A DNA stretch of 45,405 nucleotides from a virus, in IMG/VR virus record IMGVR_UViG_3300034069_000390, positions 1 through 45,405 of that record; one strand, given 5' to 3'. Numbering within the stretch: the first letter of the stretch is position 1; each line of letters opens with the position of its first letter. Below, piece by piece: positions 16,010 through 24,824 of the stretch. The notes beneath the pieces were generated by a model, which saw only the letters and a program-made list of their open reading frames with translations, did not search any database and was not told where the DNA came from. The translations under genes and the position numbers were made by a program.

Positions 16010-16449
16010 AACTCCTTAATGAACGACTGCTCGGCAGCACGATAGCCACGTCTGGCATACAGGCTTACCATTCTTTCGCCGCCAAGCCTAGCCAGAGCCT
16101 TCATTTGCCAAGTTTGGCACCCTTTTTGCTTGGCTTCTTTTTCCAGCGCATCAAGCAAGCGAATCCCGGTCATCTGTGGGGCATCCGGCGACACGTACCA
16201 GAACAGCTCCTCACCGCTGACATGGCCGTGATTGAAGTAGACCGGCGACACAACGCCAGCCGCCATCCCCATTATATGCCCATCATCGGCCACGATGCAG
16301 ATAAATGCCGGGTTGGCCATGTAGCCGTGCAAAGACCGCTCACAGTCGCCCGCATTGTAGGCGATCTCATCCCATCCCGCAGCCGCGTGGAAAAACGCGC
16401 CCAAGCGCGCGATGTCAGGAATATCGCCAAGGGTAGCGGGGCGTATCAT
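16006..16449 (-). CDS. GNAT-family N-acetyltransferase
   Basis: 147 aa. Beta-strand / acetyl-CoA pocket pattern (FICIVADDGHIMGMAAG...TGIRLLDALEKEAKQKG...LYARRGY). Coupled on both sides to structural genes (ATGA, GTGA). Confidence 0.75.
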   Translation of the reverse strand: MIRPATLGDIPDIARLGAFFHAAAGWDEIAYNAGDCERSLHGYMANPAFICIVADDGHIMGMAAGVVSPVYFNHGHVSGEELFWYVSPDAPQMTGIRLLDALEKEAKQKGCQTWQMKALARLGGERMVSLYARRGYRAAEQSFIKEL

Positions 16450-17198
16450 CGGTAATCCTCGTACTGTCTTGGCGTCTCACCCGCTGGCGTATAGCCAGGC
16501 GCAGACACACCGCCACCCTGCGCTGGAGGCTCACCCGCAGCCGGGATGGCGATCTGCCCCACTGAGTGGCGATTGCCTGCCTGTGCGATAGCGCTGGCAG
16601 TGCCTTGATACATCACCGCGCCACCCGCGCGTGCTGCGTCGTCGTAGTAGACGGACACGTAAGCACCAGCCGGGAAGCCGCCCACACTGCCGCCATCAAC
16701 CGGCACAGTCCGCCCATCGCCATACACCCGTTGATGCGCGGAAATCGTAATCGTCCCGCTGGCATCGGCTGTCAGCACCGTTGACGGGTTGGTATAGCTG
16801 TTGGTGATGTCCTGCTGCGCCTTGGCCTCTGTGGCTGCGTCGTTGGCAGCTTGGGCCAAGCTTTGTGCTGCCTGGATACCCGCAATGATAGTCGCCAAAT
16901 CGCCTACCTGCCCCGTCAAGCCAAAGAACGCTTGCTCGATAGCCTCCATGGTGCGCTGCCACCGCAACTGAAATTGCTGCTCTGGAGTACGCCCCTGGGT
17001 CACGATGAGATCGGTGCGCTGTAGGCGGTCCAGCTTGGGCGTGGTAATAATGACCGGCCTTCCCAACCCCGGCCCCGCACCTATCGCACCACCCAGCCAT
17101 CGCAAAGGCGCGGGCGTCACGTCTATTCTAGCGGGCATGGTCTCGACCGCAGCGCCCGCCCACTTCAACTGAACAGGCGTGATCGTGACGTTAGGCAT
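16446..17198 (-). CDS. tail needle / plug-like protein (gp26 position, tentative)
   Basis: 250 aa. Central coiled coil (AIEQAFFGLTGQVGDLATIIAGIQAAQSLAQAANDAATEAKAQ) plus a C-terminal beta domain. Gene order matches P22 gp10-gp26. Confidence 0.45.
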   Translation of the reverse strand: MPNVTITPVQLKWAGAAVETMPARIDVTPAPLRWLGGAIGAGPGLGRPVIITTPKLDRLQRTDLIVTQGRTPEQQFQLRWQRTMEAIEQAFFGLTGQVGDLATIIAGIQAAQSLAQAANDAATEAKAQQDITNSYTNPSTVLTADASGTITISAHQRVYGDGRTVPVDGGSVGGFPAGAYVSVYYDDAARAGGAVMYQGTASAIAQAGNRHSVGQIAIPAAGEPPAQGGGVSAPGYTPAGETPRQYEDYR

Positions 17199-17595
17199 TC
17201 GTCAACCACGTCCCGGCATTGATAGAGAAGTTTTGCCCAGCCGGTAGTGTGTAGGGCACGCCATAGTCGAAGAACGCGACCAGGTTCTTGGCCGCTGCCG
17301 TGTCATTGAACAGCACGGCATAACGAAACTCACCAAATGGCGCGCCGGTAGCGATGAACGTTACAACGTCAAGCTGCAGCGAATAGGTACCACCCGTTTG
17401 GCTGGAGCTAACCAGCGCCGCTGCGACCGGGGCATAGCCACCCGCGCTAGTGATCTGCGTAATATCCGCCAGAACCGCATTCGTGACCACTGGTGCCGTA
17501 TTGGTTAGAGCCACCTTGAGCATGTCAGTCGCAAGGTTATGCACGCCCTCAACAACAGCTTCTTTGAACGGCGAAAAGACTTGGATTTGTGGCAC
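17191..17595 (-). CDS. hypothetical structural protein (134 aa)
   Basis: ORF track. GTG start abutting the upstream stop. Lies inside the tail module. Confidence 0.6.
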   Translation of the reverse strand: MPQIQVFSPFKEAVVEGVHNLATDMLKVALTNTAPVVTNAVLADITQITSAGGYAPVAAALVSSSQTGGTYSLQLDVVTFIATGAPFGEFRYAVLFNDTAAAKNLVAFFDYGVPYTLPAGQNFSINAGTWLTNA

Positions 17596-18948
17596 CTAGC
17601 GGCCTCCTCGGGGAACATTGACCAAAACGTCAGAGATTCTAACGTCAACGGGGTCAGTCACACGAAATTCAGCCAGGAAGGCCGGTTGCGAGGCCACCCC
17701 GCAGGCGTTCCAGCGCACCGATGTCCGGTAATCGCCCTGTTTGCCCAGCGATGACACGCGCCAGTTGCCCCAAGTCTTGCCGGCATCGCGTGACTGGCGC
17801 ATTTCCATGGCTGGCTCGGCATAATCGCCCGTCAGATACGTTGTGCCGCCCACATTGCACCGAACCTGCACGTTGTTGATGGCCATCCCGCCCGAATTGA
17901 TCGGAAAGCCGCCACGGATACGCCGTTCCAGCACGCCGCCAACATCTTCCCATTTGTCGGACCAGCGGAACGTGCGGCCATCCAGCGCAGAACCAAACAC
18001 CTCGCCCGTGGACGAGCCCACCAGCCAGTTGGCTTGGCCATACGATGCGAACTGACCCCACCGCTGCGAGCGTGGGGAATAGATTTGCGTTTCGTCGTCC
18101 AAACGCAGCGCTAGGTACTCATCACCGTCGATCAGAAGCGAGAACAAGACACACTGGCTGGATCCCCCTATCCGCGCCTGAAGCCCCACATTGGAGATCA
18201 CGTTGCTTTCGGACTGGATGCACACTGTGCCGTCATTCGTGACCCATGCAAAAGTTGGGCCAAAGTTGCAGCACGCCCCGGTGTTGCGAATACCCTTGTT
18301 CATCGTCGCGCCCTGCAGGCGAGAGAACGGCAGGTCTGGATCGGTACTGCGCGCCCACGGCTCAACCGTCTCGGCACCGAACAGCAGCAAGAAGTCATCG
18401 ACCCAAAGCAGATCCAAAAGCCGATCGGGCGTGTCTTCCGCAGACGCAAAGTTGAGCGCGTCGATCGACACACCCAGCGGATCCGACCAGTAGAACTTCT
18501 GCGTGTCTCTACGAATTGCCACCAACCGCGATGCACCCACCGTCAGGGCCAGCACGTTGGCGTTATCCGGGAACGGCACCGCCATCAGCGCCGTGCCGTT
18601 CCACCCCCACAGCGTAGACCCGCGCGTGATGAACAGGTAATTCTCATAACCTGCCATCTGGGCGACGTTGTCACCGCTGATCGTGCCCAGTGCCGTGGAG
18701 CCACGATACAGGCTGTCACCCGACACACCGAACAGAGCGCCCCCCAATACGCCATTGCGCTGGAACAGAGCGCGCACCGGCCCTATGCCCATGGTTTCGG
18801 CGCGATCCTCCAAGCCAGGCCGCGACTGCAGGGCCAGCCCCTTTTCCTCGGTCGGCGCTTCCTCGGCAATCATGTTGATAACCGGCAGCGATGGCAGGTC
18901 GCCGCGTGTTCGCTCGTAAGAGGAGGTTCCGAAACTGACGCTAGGCAC
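17596..18948 (-). CDS. P22 gp10-like tail hub protein (packaged-DNA stabilisation protein)
   Basis: LPVINMIAE, FGAETVEPW and the overall size resemble P22 gp10 (LPVNMLA, FGSSTIEYF). The GTG at 18948 overlaps the upstream stop. The ORF is open to 19038. Confidence 0.6.
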   Translation of the reverse strand: MPSVSFGTSSYERTRGDLPSLPVINMIAEEAPTEEKGLALQSRPGLEDRAETMGIGPVRALFQRNGVLGGALFGVSGDSLYRGSTALGTISGDNVAQMAGYENYLFITRGSTLWGWNGTALMAVPFPDNANVLALTVGASRLVAIRRDTQKFYWSDPLGVSIDALNFASAEDTPDRLLDLLWVDDFLLLFGAETVEPWARSTDPDLPFSRLQGATMNKGIRNTGACCNFGPTFAWVTNDGTVCIQSESNVISNVGLQARIGGSSQCVLFSLLIDGDEYLALRLDDETQIYSPRSQRWGQFASYGQANWLVGSSTGEVFGSALDGRTFRWSDKWEDVGGVLERRIRGGFPINSGGMAINNVQVRCNVGGTTYLTGDYAEPAMEMRQSRDAGKTWGNWRVSSLGKQGDYRTSVRWNACGVASQPAFLAEFRVTDPVDVRISDVLVNVPRGGR

Positions 18949-19615
18949 ACCAACCACCCCATGCACCCAGCACGTAACTCTCAGGCCTGCCAAAATCGAG
19001 CAGCCGTTGCTTGGCGATCTCGGCTTCGACCAGCACATACTGCGGCAGACCTTCCGGCATAAACGCCGTCAGCCGCGCCTTGAGCATCTTGCGGATGGCG
19101 TCATTCCACATCTCAGGAACGTCCAGCACCGTGCCAGCCGATACAGGCTCAATAACGCGCACGTAGGTATAGGCGATGGTCGTGGGCACGTTCGGCACCG
19201 GCCATACCCTTAGACGCGCCTCTGTGGCCGTCTGGCGCAGATCATAGCGGATAGGCGCCCCGCGCTGAGTCTTACTTGGGATGGAGTTGTATTCGCCCGA
19301 ACCCCAGCGATATAGCGCCCGCTGGTACGTCGTGGACATGACCAACCGCGCCTCGGACACTTCGGCAGGGCGAGGGGTCACCGTGGCCTCGTATTCGCCC
19401 GCCGCAAACGTGACCTCGCCATCTTCCTCGGTCCAAGGGTTCAGGCCCTCTGCCGCTAGGGCTTTCAGCATCAGATCAAGCTGGGCGATGCCGTAGGACA
19501 GTTCTTCACCGTCCGCCTGCTCGCCCAGGCTAATGATGCCAAGATCGCGCATGGCACCCGTCACCACATCGCGTGCGGTCTGGCCTTGTGCAGTGGTGCC
19601 TAGAACGATGCTCAT
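18941..19615 (-). CDS. P22 gp4-like head-to-tail adaptor
   Basis: The N-terminus DVVTGAMRDLGIISLGEQADGEELSYGIAQLDLMLKALAAEG parallels P22 gp4 (DLVRAALRKLGVAS...AVDDLEAMMAEW). Lies between the capsid and gp10-like genes. Confidence 0.55.
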   Translation of the reverse strand: MSIVLGTTAQGQTARDVVTGAMRDLGIISLGEQADGEELSYGIAQLDLMLKALAAEGLNPWTEEDGEVTFAAGEYEATVTPRPAEVSEARLVMSTTYQRALYRWGSGEYNSIPSKTQRGAPIRYDLRQTATEARLRVWPVPNVPTTIAYTYVRVIEPVSAGTVLDVPEMWNDAIRKMLKARLTAFMPEGLPQYVLVEAEIAKQRLLDFGRPESYVLGAWGGWCA

Positions 19616-19869
19616 GGGTCTACATCCTCTGGGCGGATAGGCTTAGGCTGGTCCACCTCTGGCAACCGTGGCTGCGCGTCAGGGCGCGGCATGCCTTCAG
19701 GGCCAACATGGGGTGGATAGGTGTCGCATGGGCGTGGGTCGTGGCAATCTTTGCACACGCGCGCGCCGGTCCATTCGGCACGTAATTCTGAAAGGTCATA
19801 TGTGAGCGCACAACGCGGGCATTGCCCATACGAATATCCGGGTATCCATCCAGATCCTTCGCCGCGCAT
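19612..19869 (-). CDS. small Cys4 zinc-ribbon protein (85 aa)
   Basis: AGGAG sits 6 nt before the ATG at 19869. CPRC...CKDC. The GTG at 19896 in the ORF track lies inside the hairpin and is less likely. Confidence 0.55.
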   Translation of the reverse strand: MRGEGSGWIPGYSYGQCPRCALTYDLSELRAEWTGARVCKDCHDPRPCDTYPPHVGPEGMPRPDAQPRLPEVDQPKPIRPEDVDP

Positions 19870-19879
19870 CACATGCTCC

Positions 19880-19914
19880 TGAAAATAGGGTGCCACTCCT
19901 TTATGCCGAGTGGC
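19880..19914 (-). terminator. candidate leaky intrinsic terminator after the capsid gene
   Basis: 7-bp stem GCCACUC/GAGUGGC (19892-19898 / 19908-19914) with a 9-nt loop, followed on the minus strand by ACCCUAUUUUC. Lies 30 nt after the capsid stop. Confidence 0.3.
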
Positions 19915-19943
19915 TTTGCATTAGACGTTGAAGAGTAGCGTAC

Positions 19944-20873
19944 TCAGCTGCCAGCTGAGCCAAATAACCCGCGCCAATCACCCACACCACAGGCAAACCG
20001 CATCGACGACTTGGAACGTGCGTTCTCGGTGTCGAAGTCGGTATCCTGCTGCAGGGTCGGCTGACGACGCCAGAACGAAACCAGCGCATCGTCGATGTCG
20101 GTCTGGATGAACCAGGCATCGGTATCCGTCAGGTAATGGTTGACCACAACCTCGGGAATGATGCCCATCGAGCGCAGAGCGTTAATGTTGTTCGAGTTGA
20201 ACGTCTGGCCATCACCTGCCTGCGACGGCTGCAACGTGGAGCCAAGCAGGCGCTCGGCATTGAACACGTTGTCGGGACCGATGATCAGGCGCTTGATGCG
20301 ACCGACAATCGGGAGGCCCGCGCTGTCCTTCATCTTGGCGATCTGGATAGCCATGGCCTCCAGGCTCGCTTCGGAAAGGTCAGCAGCCGTTGCGATGATG
20401 TTGCTCTGGTTTCCTGCCCCGGTGGGGTGAGCATTCGAGAACAGCGGCGCACCGTCACCGATAGGGTAGTTGGCATCAAAGCCACGATTCAGCACATTGG
20501 CGTGAACCGTCTCGGCAGTGACCCGCATGGCCTTGGCTAGCTTGCCAGCGCGTCGGCCTGCGACCTCGGCGTACTGGTTGTCTTCAATCGCCTCACGGGT
20601 GACGATGAAGCCCTTGGCCCACACGGCATGCGTGAAGGTCGCGGTGTAGCCCTGGGTGTCGCTATCGTACTCGATAGGCGCGCCCTCAGCCTTGATCGGT
20701 GCCATACCAAAGCCGCCTTCTTCGACGAACTTCTCGTATGCCTTACCGCTGGTGCGCTTGCTGAAGATCTGCGACCACTCAGGCGGATACTCGTTGTACT
20801 TGCCGCCGAAGATGGAAGCCACACCAGGCCACAGAAGGGCGGGATGCGCGGAACGTGTGATTGGCGTTGCCAT
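19944..20873 (-). CDS. major capsid protein (HK97-fold type)
   Basis: 309 aa. AAGGAGG Shine-Dalgarno upstream of the ATG. Follows the scaffold and decoration-like genes. No catalytic motifs. Confidence 0.75.
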   Translation of the reverse strand: MATPITRSAHPALLWPGVASIFGGKYNEYPPEWSQIFSKRTSGKAYEKFVEEGGFGMAPIKAEGAPIEYDSDTQGYTATFTHAVWAKGFIVTREAIEDNQYAEVAGRRAGKLAKAMRVTAETVHANVLNRGFDANYPIGDGAPLFSNAHPTGAGNQSNIIATAADLSEASLEAMAIQIAKMKDSAGLPIVGRIKRLIIGPDNVFNAERLLGSTLQPSQAGDGQTFNSNNINALRSMGIIPEVVVNHYLTDTDAWFIQTDIDDALVSFWRRQPTLQQDTDFDTENARSKSSMRFACGVGDWRGLFGSAGS

Positions 20874-20887
20874 TGTATCAGCCCTCC

Positions 20888-21487
20888 TTACAGACCGGTG
20901 GAGCCGGCAGCGCCGGTTTCAGTGGGGACATTGATTGCTACCAGCCACTTGGCGTTAGCGCCCATCTCGTTGTCAGGGGTCTGCGAAAGACCGATGATGC
21001 GGAGCGGAAGCGTTGCCGTGACAGCAGCGGTGGACGAGTCGAGCATCCAACCCGAGTTGCGGGTGAAGGTCGAGCCGTTGGCCGCGATCAGAGCTGCATT
21101 GAGCCCGATGGCGGTCTGGGTCAGCGTGCCGCCAATGCCATCTTCCTGGATCTCATAGAGAACCGTGGGATCGTCGCAAACCAACACATAGCCGGCAGTC
21201 GAAGCGGGGCGATAACCCTGCATCATCATGTCGTTGCTGGAAGGCAGCGTTTCGTCGTTGGCGATGCCGCAGACCACGCCCGTGATGGGGCCGGTTGCAG
21301 CGGTTGCACGGGTTACGCCGGGAACACCCTTGGCATCGCCAGTGCCCGACAGAACGACGGGATCGCCGATGTACAGAGCGGTGGCATCACCTGCATTGAC
21401 GTAGTATTTGCGCAGCGGACCCATGAACGGGGAACCGTTGCGGTAACGTCGGGGAATGAGGCCCCGCACCAAATTCGCATTGGGCAT
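20888..21487 (-). CDS. capsid decoration / cement protein candidate (gpD / DUF2190-like pattern)
   Basis: 199 aa, directly upstream of the capsid gene. The stretch YIGDPVVLSGTGD...ITGVVCGIA resembles the decoration-protein pattern. Confidence 0.4.
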   Translation of the reverse strand: MPNANLVRGLIPRRYRNGSPFMGPLRKYYVNAGDATALYIGDPVVLSGTGDAKGVPGVTRATAATGPITGVVCGIANDETLPSSNDMMMQGYRPASTAGYVLVCDDPTVLYEIQEDGIGGTLTQTAIGLNAALIAANGSTFTRNSGWMLDSSTAAVTATLPLRIIGLSQTPDNEMGANAKWLVAINVPTETGAAGSTGL

Positions 21488-21498
21488 GTCGAATAGTC

Positions 21499-21966
21499 CT
21501 ATTGACCACGCCGCACATAGCTTGCCTCAAGAGGGTTATAAGCACCCTCATTGAGTTCGCCGTTGTCGCGGCCTGAAAACGTGGCCTTCTCGCTTGCATC
21601 AATCCGCTGGATTCGGTCGCGGTTGTCGTCCGCAATGAACTCCTTTGGCTTGGCGCAGAAGTAGGCTGTGACGGGTTTGCCGGTTCGGGAATCCACACCA
21701 ACTTGCGCGGGTTCAACGTCAGGCACTTTGTCCCAGTCGTCGTTCACGGTCTTGTTGTACATGCGGTTCCCAAGGTCGTTGATCCAGCGTCCCTCAAGGC
21801 CCTTCTGGGCCAAATCACGCTTCACTTCCTCAGATACGGCTAGAGCAGAGTTGTCAGCATCAACGCCAACACGCCGACGACGTTGGGCACGCTCTACCTG
21901 CGCACGTCGTCCACGGGGCTTTTGCCCCAGTTCTTCCAGGGGGTTCCCTAGATCGAGATCAGCCAT
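21499..21966 (-). CDS. hypothetical head-module protein with an Arg-rich N-terminus (155 aa)
   Basis: ORF track. 8-nt overlap with the scaffold gene. Confidence 0.6.
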   Translation of the reverse strand: MADLDLGNPLEELGQKPRGRRAQVERAQRRRRVGVDADNSALAVSEEVKRDLAQKGLEGRWINDLGNRMYNKTVNDDWDKVPDVEPAQVGVDSRTGKPVTAYFCAKPKEFIADDNRDRIQRIDASEKATFSGRDNGELNEGAYNPLEASYVRRGQ

Positions 21967-22819
21967 TCGCGGCCTCCTGTGATGCGTAATAGTTATCAGC
22001 CCACACCTTTTCGGTGGCCCACTCGTTACCGTTTTCCTTCATCGAAGAAACCCAGTCCTTCATGGCCTTGCGAGCGTCAGGCGGTAGCGTTGCCACACCC
22101 TTCTCTCGCGGCTGAGTGCTTACTTGGCGCTGCGGCGTGCCGAGAGCGGGAGCCTTGCGGGGTTCCGGCTTTTTCTCGGGCTCGGCGTCTGCAAACAGTT
22201 CGGGGAAGCGCTTGCGGACATCCTCTTCCACCTTGGCGAGCTGCGCCTCAGGATCGGTGATGCCGCGCTTGGCGTAATGCTCGGCACGCACAAATGCGTA
22301 GCCGGTGGCTTCATCATCCTTTTGAAACCACGAAGAATTGCGCTCAGCAAAGTTCTCGGCGGCGGGTGCGGCAGTTGGAGTTTCCAGCTTGGCCAGTTCG
22401 CGCTCTGCCTTGGCAAAGGTGTCGCGGTCGCCGGTCTCGAATGCCTCATCGCGAAGGGCAAGAACGCGCTCGCGCTCTTTCTCGACTGCCTGCTGCGTCA
22501 TACGCGCATTGGCCTTGCCGATACCCTCAACGGTCTTCTTGATGTCCTTGAGTTCACGCGACAACGTGCGGTTGATCTCGCGGGACTTCTTGAGGAAGTT
22601 CTTGCTATCGGTCCAGGCAGTTTCGTCGCCGTCCCATTCGGACTTAGGACGCCAACCCAGTTCCTTTGCAAGGAGGTCAACCTCGGAAAGCTGTTCGTCG
22701 CCGCCGCCTTGGTCATCGCTACCATCAACAACGACTACGCCATCGTCAGTGTGGTCAAGCAGTCCCTGGTCATCTGCATCATCAGCCATTTGTGGCCCCC
22801 TGGTTATCGGTGGCTGCAT
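21959..22819 (-). CDS. scaffolding protein
   Basis: 286 aa. Acidic N-terminus and long charged helices. The ELGWRPKSEWDGDETAWTDSKNF motif is typical of podovirus scaffolds. Lies upstream of the capsid gene. Confidence 0.6.
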   Translation of the reverse strand: MQPPITRGPQMADDADDQGLLDHTDDGVVVVDGSDDQGGGDEQLSEVDLLAKELGWRPKSEWDGDETAWTDSKNFLKKSREINRTLSRELKDIKKTVEGIGKANARMTQQAVEKERERVLALRDEAFETGDRDTFAKAERELAKLETPTAAPAAENFAERNSSWFQKDDEATGYAFVRAEHYAKRGITDPEAQLAKVEEDVRKRFPELFADAEPEKKPEPRKAPALGTPQRQVSTQPREKGVATLPPDARKAMKDWVSSMKENGNEWATEKVWADNYYASQEAANG

Positions 22820-22864
22820 TATTCACCTTTTGGGTTCGCAATGCAAGGGGCGTGCCAACATCAA

Positions 22865-23614
22865 TTATGTGATGCGATAAATGCTGATCGGCATGGAGTA
22901 GGTCGCGCCAACGCCGAGCAAAGGCGTGTAATAGCCGACGCTCACTTTTCCGCTGGTGGTGCCGGGATTGACGTTCACCACCTCGCAGCCAGCAGTGGGT
23001 GTTGCAGAGACGGCGAATGACAGCTTGTCAGTTGTCGCCACGCCCGTAACGGGAAATTCCTTGCGCTTCATGCCAACAGCCAGGGACAGTAGCAGCGTCT
23101 CGGTTACGTTAAGGTCGGCGATGAACTCTAGCCGGCCTGTAGGCAGCGGGTGAACGTGATCTTCGCGTGAGGCGTTGGCGGATGTGCCCTGTGCCGCAGT
23201 GCCAAGGGCCTTGGGAGTGGCGGTGCCTAGCGGTGTGGCTGTGGCGTTGCTGCCTGCGGGACCGGTGGGCCCTGCGGGACCGGGCACGGTCGAAGCCGCT
23301 CCGGTCGCTCCTGTGTCGCCTTTCGGTCCCGTAGCACCAGCGGGGCCAGTATCGCCCTTAGGGCCAGTCGCGCCCTGTGGTCCTGTTGCGCCGACAGCCC
23401 CAGTTGCCCCCGTATCACCTTTTACACCCTGCGCACCTGCCGCGCCTGCACTGCCCGTGTCGCCCTTGACGCCTTGAGCACCGGCATCACCCTTAGCCCC
23501 AGCAGGCCCCGTGGCACCCGCGCTGCCGGCATCACCCTTCGGCCCAGCGTCACCCTTAGGTCCAACCGGCCCAACATCACCCTTGCGCCCGTAACCTGGT
23601 ACACGGATGCCCAT
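22865..23614 (-). CDS. collagen-like fibre protein
   Basis: 33 uninterrupted Gly-X-Y triplets (residues 9-107, DNA 23294-23590) plus 4 more after a short break. Then [10 protein letters not shown] and a beta-rich C-terminal domain. Confidence 0.8.
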   Translation of the reverse strand: MGIRVPGYGRKGDVGPVGPKGDAGPKGDAGSAGATGPAGAKGDAGAQGVKGDTGSAGAAGAQGVKGDTGATGAVGATGPQGATGPKGDTGPAGATGPKGDTGATGAASTVPGPAGPTGPAGSNATATPLGTATPKALGTAAQGTSANASREDHVHPLPTGRLEFIADLNVTETLLLSLAVGMKRKEFPVTGVATTDKLSFAVSATPTAGCEVVNVNPGTTSGKVSVGYYTPLLGVGATYSMPISIYRIT

Positions 23615-23616
23615 AT

Positions 23617-23997
23617 CTAAGCCCCCGAGCCGTATATCAGCACGAAGCGGGTGCGCTTGCCTGTATAAAGCCAGTTGCCGCCAGAGTCCTTGATTGGAAA
23701 GCCGACTTCCTCGTCAGCGCAAGCCGCTACGTAGTCTGGCATTTGTGTGCGCCCTACATACTTCTCGCCTGGGGCCAGATAGTGCCCATTCTCAAGAATG
23801 GCCGGCATGTCAGTGGGCGCACCCTTCCAGCCCGCAAACCAGATCCAAAACGGGTTAGGATTGATGACCAGGAAGGATGTGACGCCTTGGCCATTCATTG
23901 GCGGCACGCGCGTAGGTACAGCAGTCAACTCCGCAGGTCCAATAATGACCTTGGCCTTCAAGTTGCGCCGGAACGGCTGGATGAGTGAATCACTCAT
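23617..23997 (-). CDS. hypothetical protein (126 aa)
   Basis: Internal ATG of ORF 23617..24009, at an ATGA overlap with the upstream gene. Confidence 0.6.
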   Translation of the reverse strand: MSDSLIQPFRRNLKAKVIIGPAELTAVPTRVPPMNGQGVTSFLVINPNPFWIWFAGWKGAPTDMPAILENGHYLAPGEKYVGRTQMPDYVAACADEEVGFPIKDSGGNWLYTGKRTRFVLIYGSGA

Positions 23998-24299
23998 TGC
24001 TTCACCCACCCGCTATCAGCCACAAGCTGGCCGTCCTGATATGTGTACGTGCGCAGCCACGAAGTAGTGCCGTCCGTAACCGTGTCGGTTTTCAGATTGC
24101 CGCTGTCGTCGTAGGTGTACTTATGCGTTTTGTAGGTCGGCACCGAATTGCCATCTACGTCTTTGTCCTCGCCTGACGATACCGCAGCGACACCCGCCAT
24201 CTGGACCTTGATGGTATGTATTGGCTTTTCGCCAACTCTGGCCCCTGCGGTGGATGTCGCCACAGGGGAGCCGCCAAGGTAGATGTAGGTGTCAGTCAT
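23994..24299 (-). CDS. YD-repeat mini-protein (101 aa)
   Basis: YTYDDSGNLKTDTV and YTYQDGQLVAD match the Rhs/YD repeat consensus YxYDxxGxL. Confidence 0.6.
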   Translation of the reverse strand: MTDTYIYLGGSPVATSTAGARVGEKPIHTIKVQMAGVAAVSSGEDKDVDGNSVPTYKTHKYTYDDSGNLKTDTVTDGTTSWLRTYTYQDGQLVADSGWVKQ

Positions 24300-24302
24300 C
24301 TC

Positions 24303-24824
24303 TCAGGTCTCCAGAACTGCGAGAACATCCTTGTCCTCACACAGCCGGTACTCAAACCCGTCATCGCCGCGCAGCTCATACATGCTGGCGAACTTCTTGA
24401 CGACAACGCGCGAGCCTACGTCTGGGAACGTAGCGCCCTCAAGATAATCGCCAGCGTTCAAGCCCTTGGCCACCAGCGTGCCGGTCTGACATGCGGCGTC
24501 ATCGCGGTCTTTGACCGTTTGCGGCAGGAGTAGGCCACCTGGGGTGCGATCTTCGCCCTTTTTGAACTGGACGAGGACCATGAAGCCGGTGGGGCGGATG
24601 CCGGAGGTGTTGAAGGCGGCGGCCTTAGCATTGGCCTTGGCCTCTTCCTCGTACTGGCGCCTCTGTTGCTCAATTTGAGCCATGCGCTCGAACATTGAAG
24701 GCTTCTCGACTGCACCGCCACCATCAGTTGCCACGTTCCCCTCTGCGATTGCCTTCACGCACGAGAAGTCATCTTTCAGAAAATCCCGAAGCTCCGCTCG
24801 TGCCGCGCTAGATACGTCCATCAC
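24303..24824 (-). CDS. GroES/Cpn10-like co-chaperonin domain protein with a 70-aa N-terminal extension
   Basis: The C-terminal 100 aa align by eye with GroES: IRPTGFMVLVQ / IRPLHDRVIVK, EDRTPGGLLLP / ETKSAGGIVL, GTLVAKG / GEVLAVG, VGSRVVVKKF / VGDIVIF, EYRLCEDKDVLAVLE / EVLIMSESDILAIVE. Confidence 0.7.
   Translation of the reverse strand: MMDVSSAARAELRDFLKDDFSCVKAIAEGNVATDGGGAVEKPSMFERMAQIEQQRRQYEEEAKANAKAAAFNTSGIRPTGFMVLVQFKKGEDRTPGGLLLPQTVKDRDDAACQTGTLVAKGLNAGDYLEGATFPDVGSRVVVKKFASMYELRGDDGFEYRLCEDKDVLAVLET

Noticed and set aside
23294-23590. The 9-bp periodic GC-rich repetition considered as a noncoding tandem repeat.
   Set aside because: It is the coding sequence of 33 Gly-X-Y triplets in an intact, coupled ORF (the collagen-like protein).
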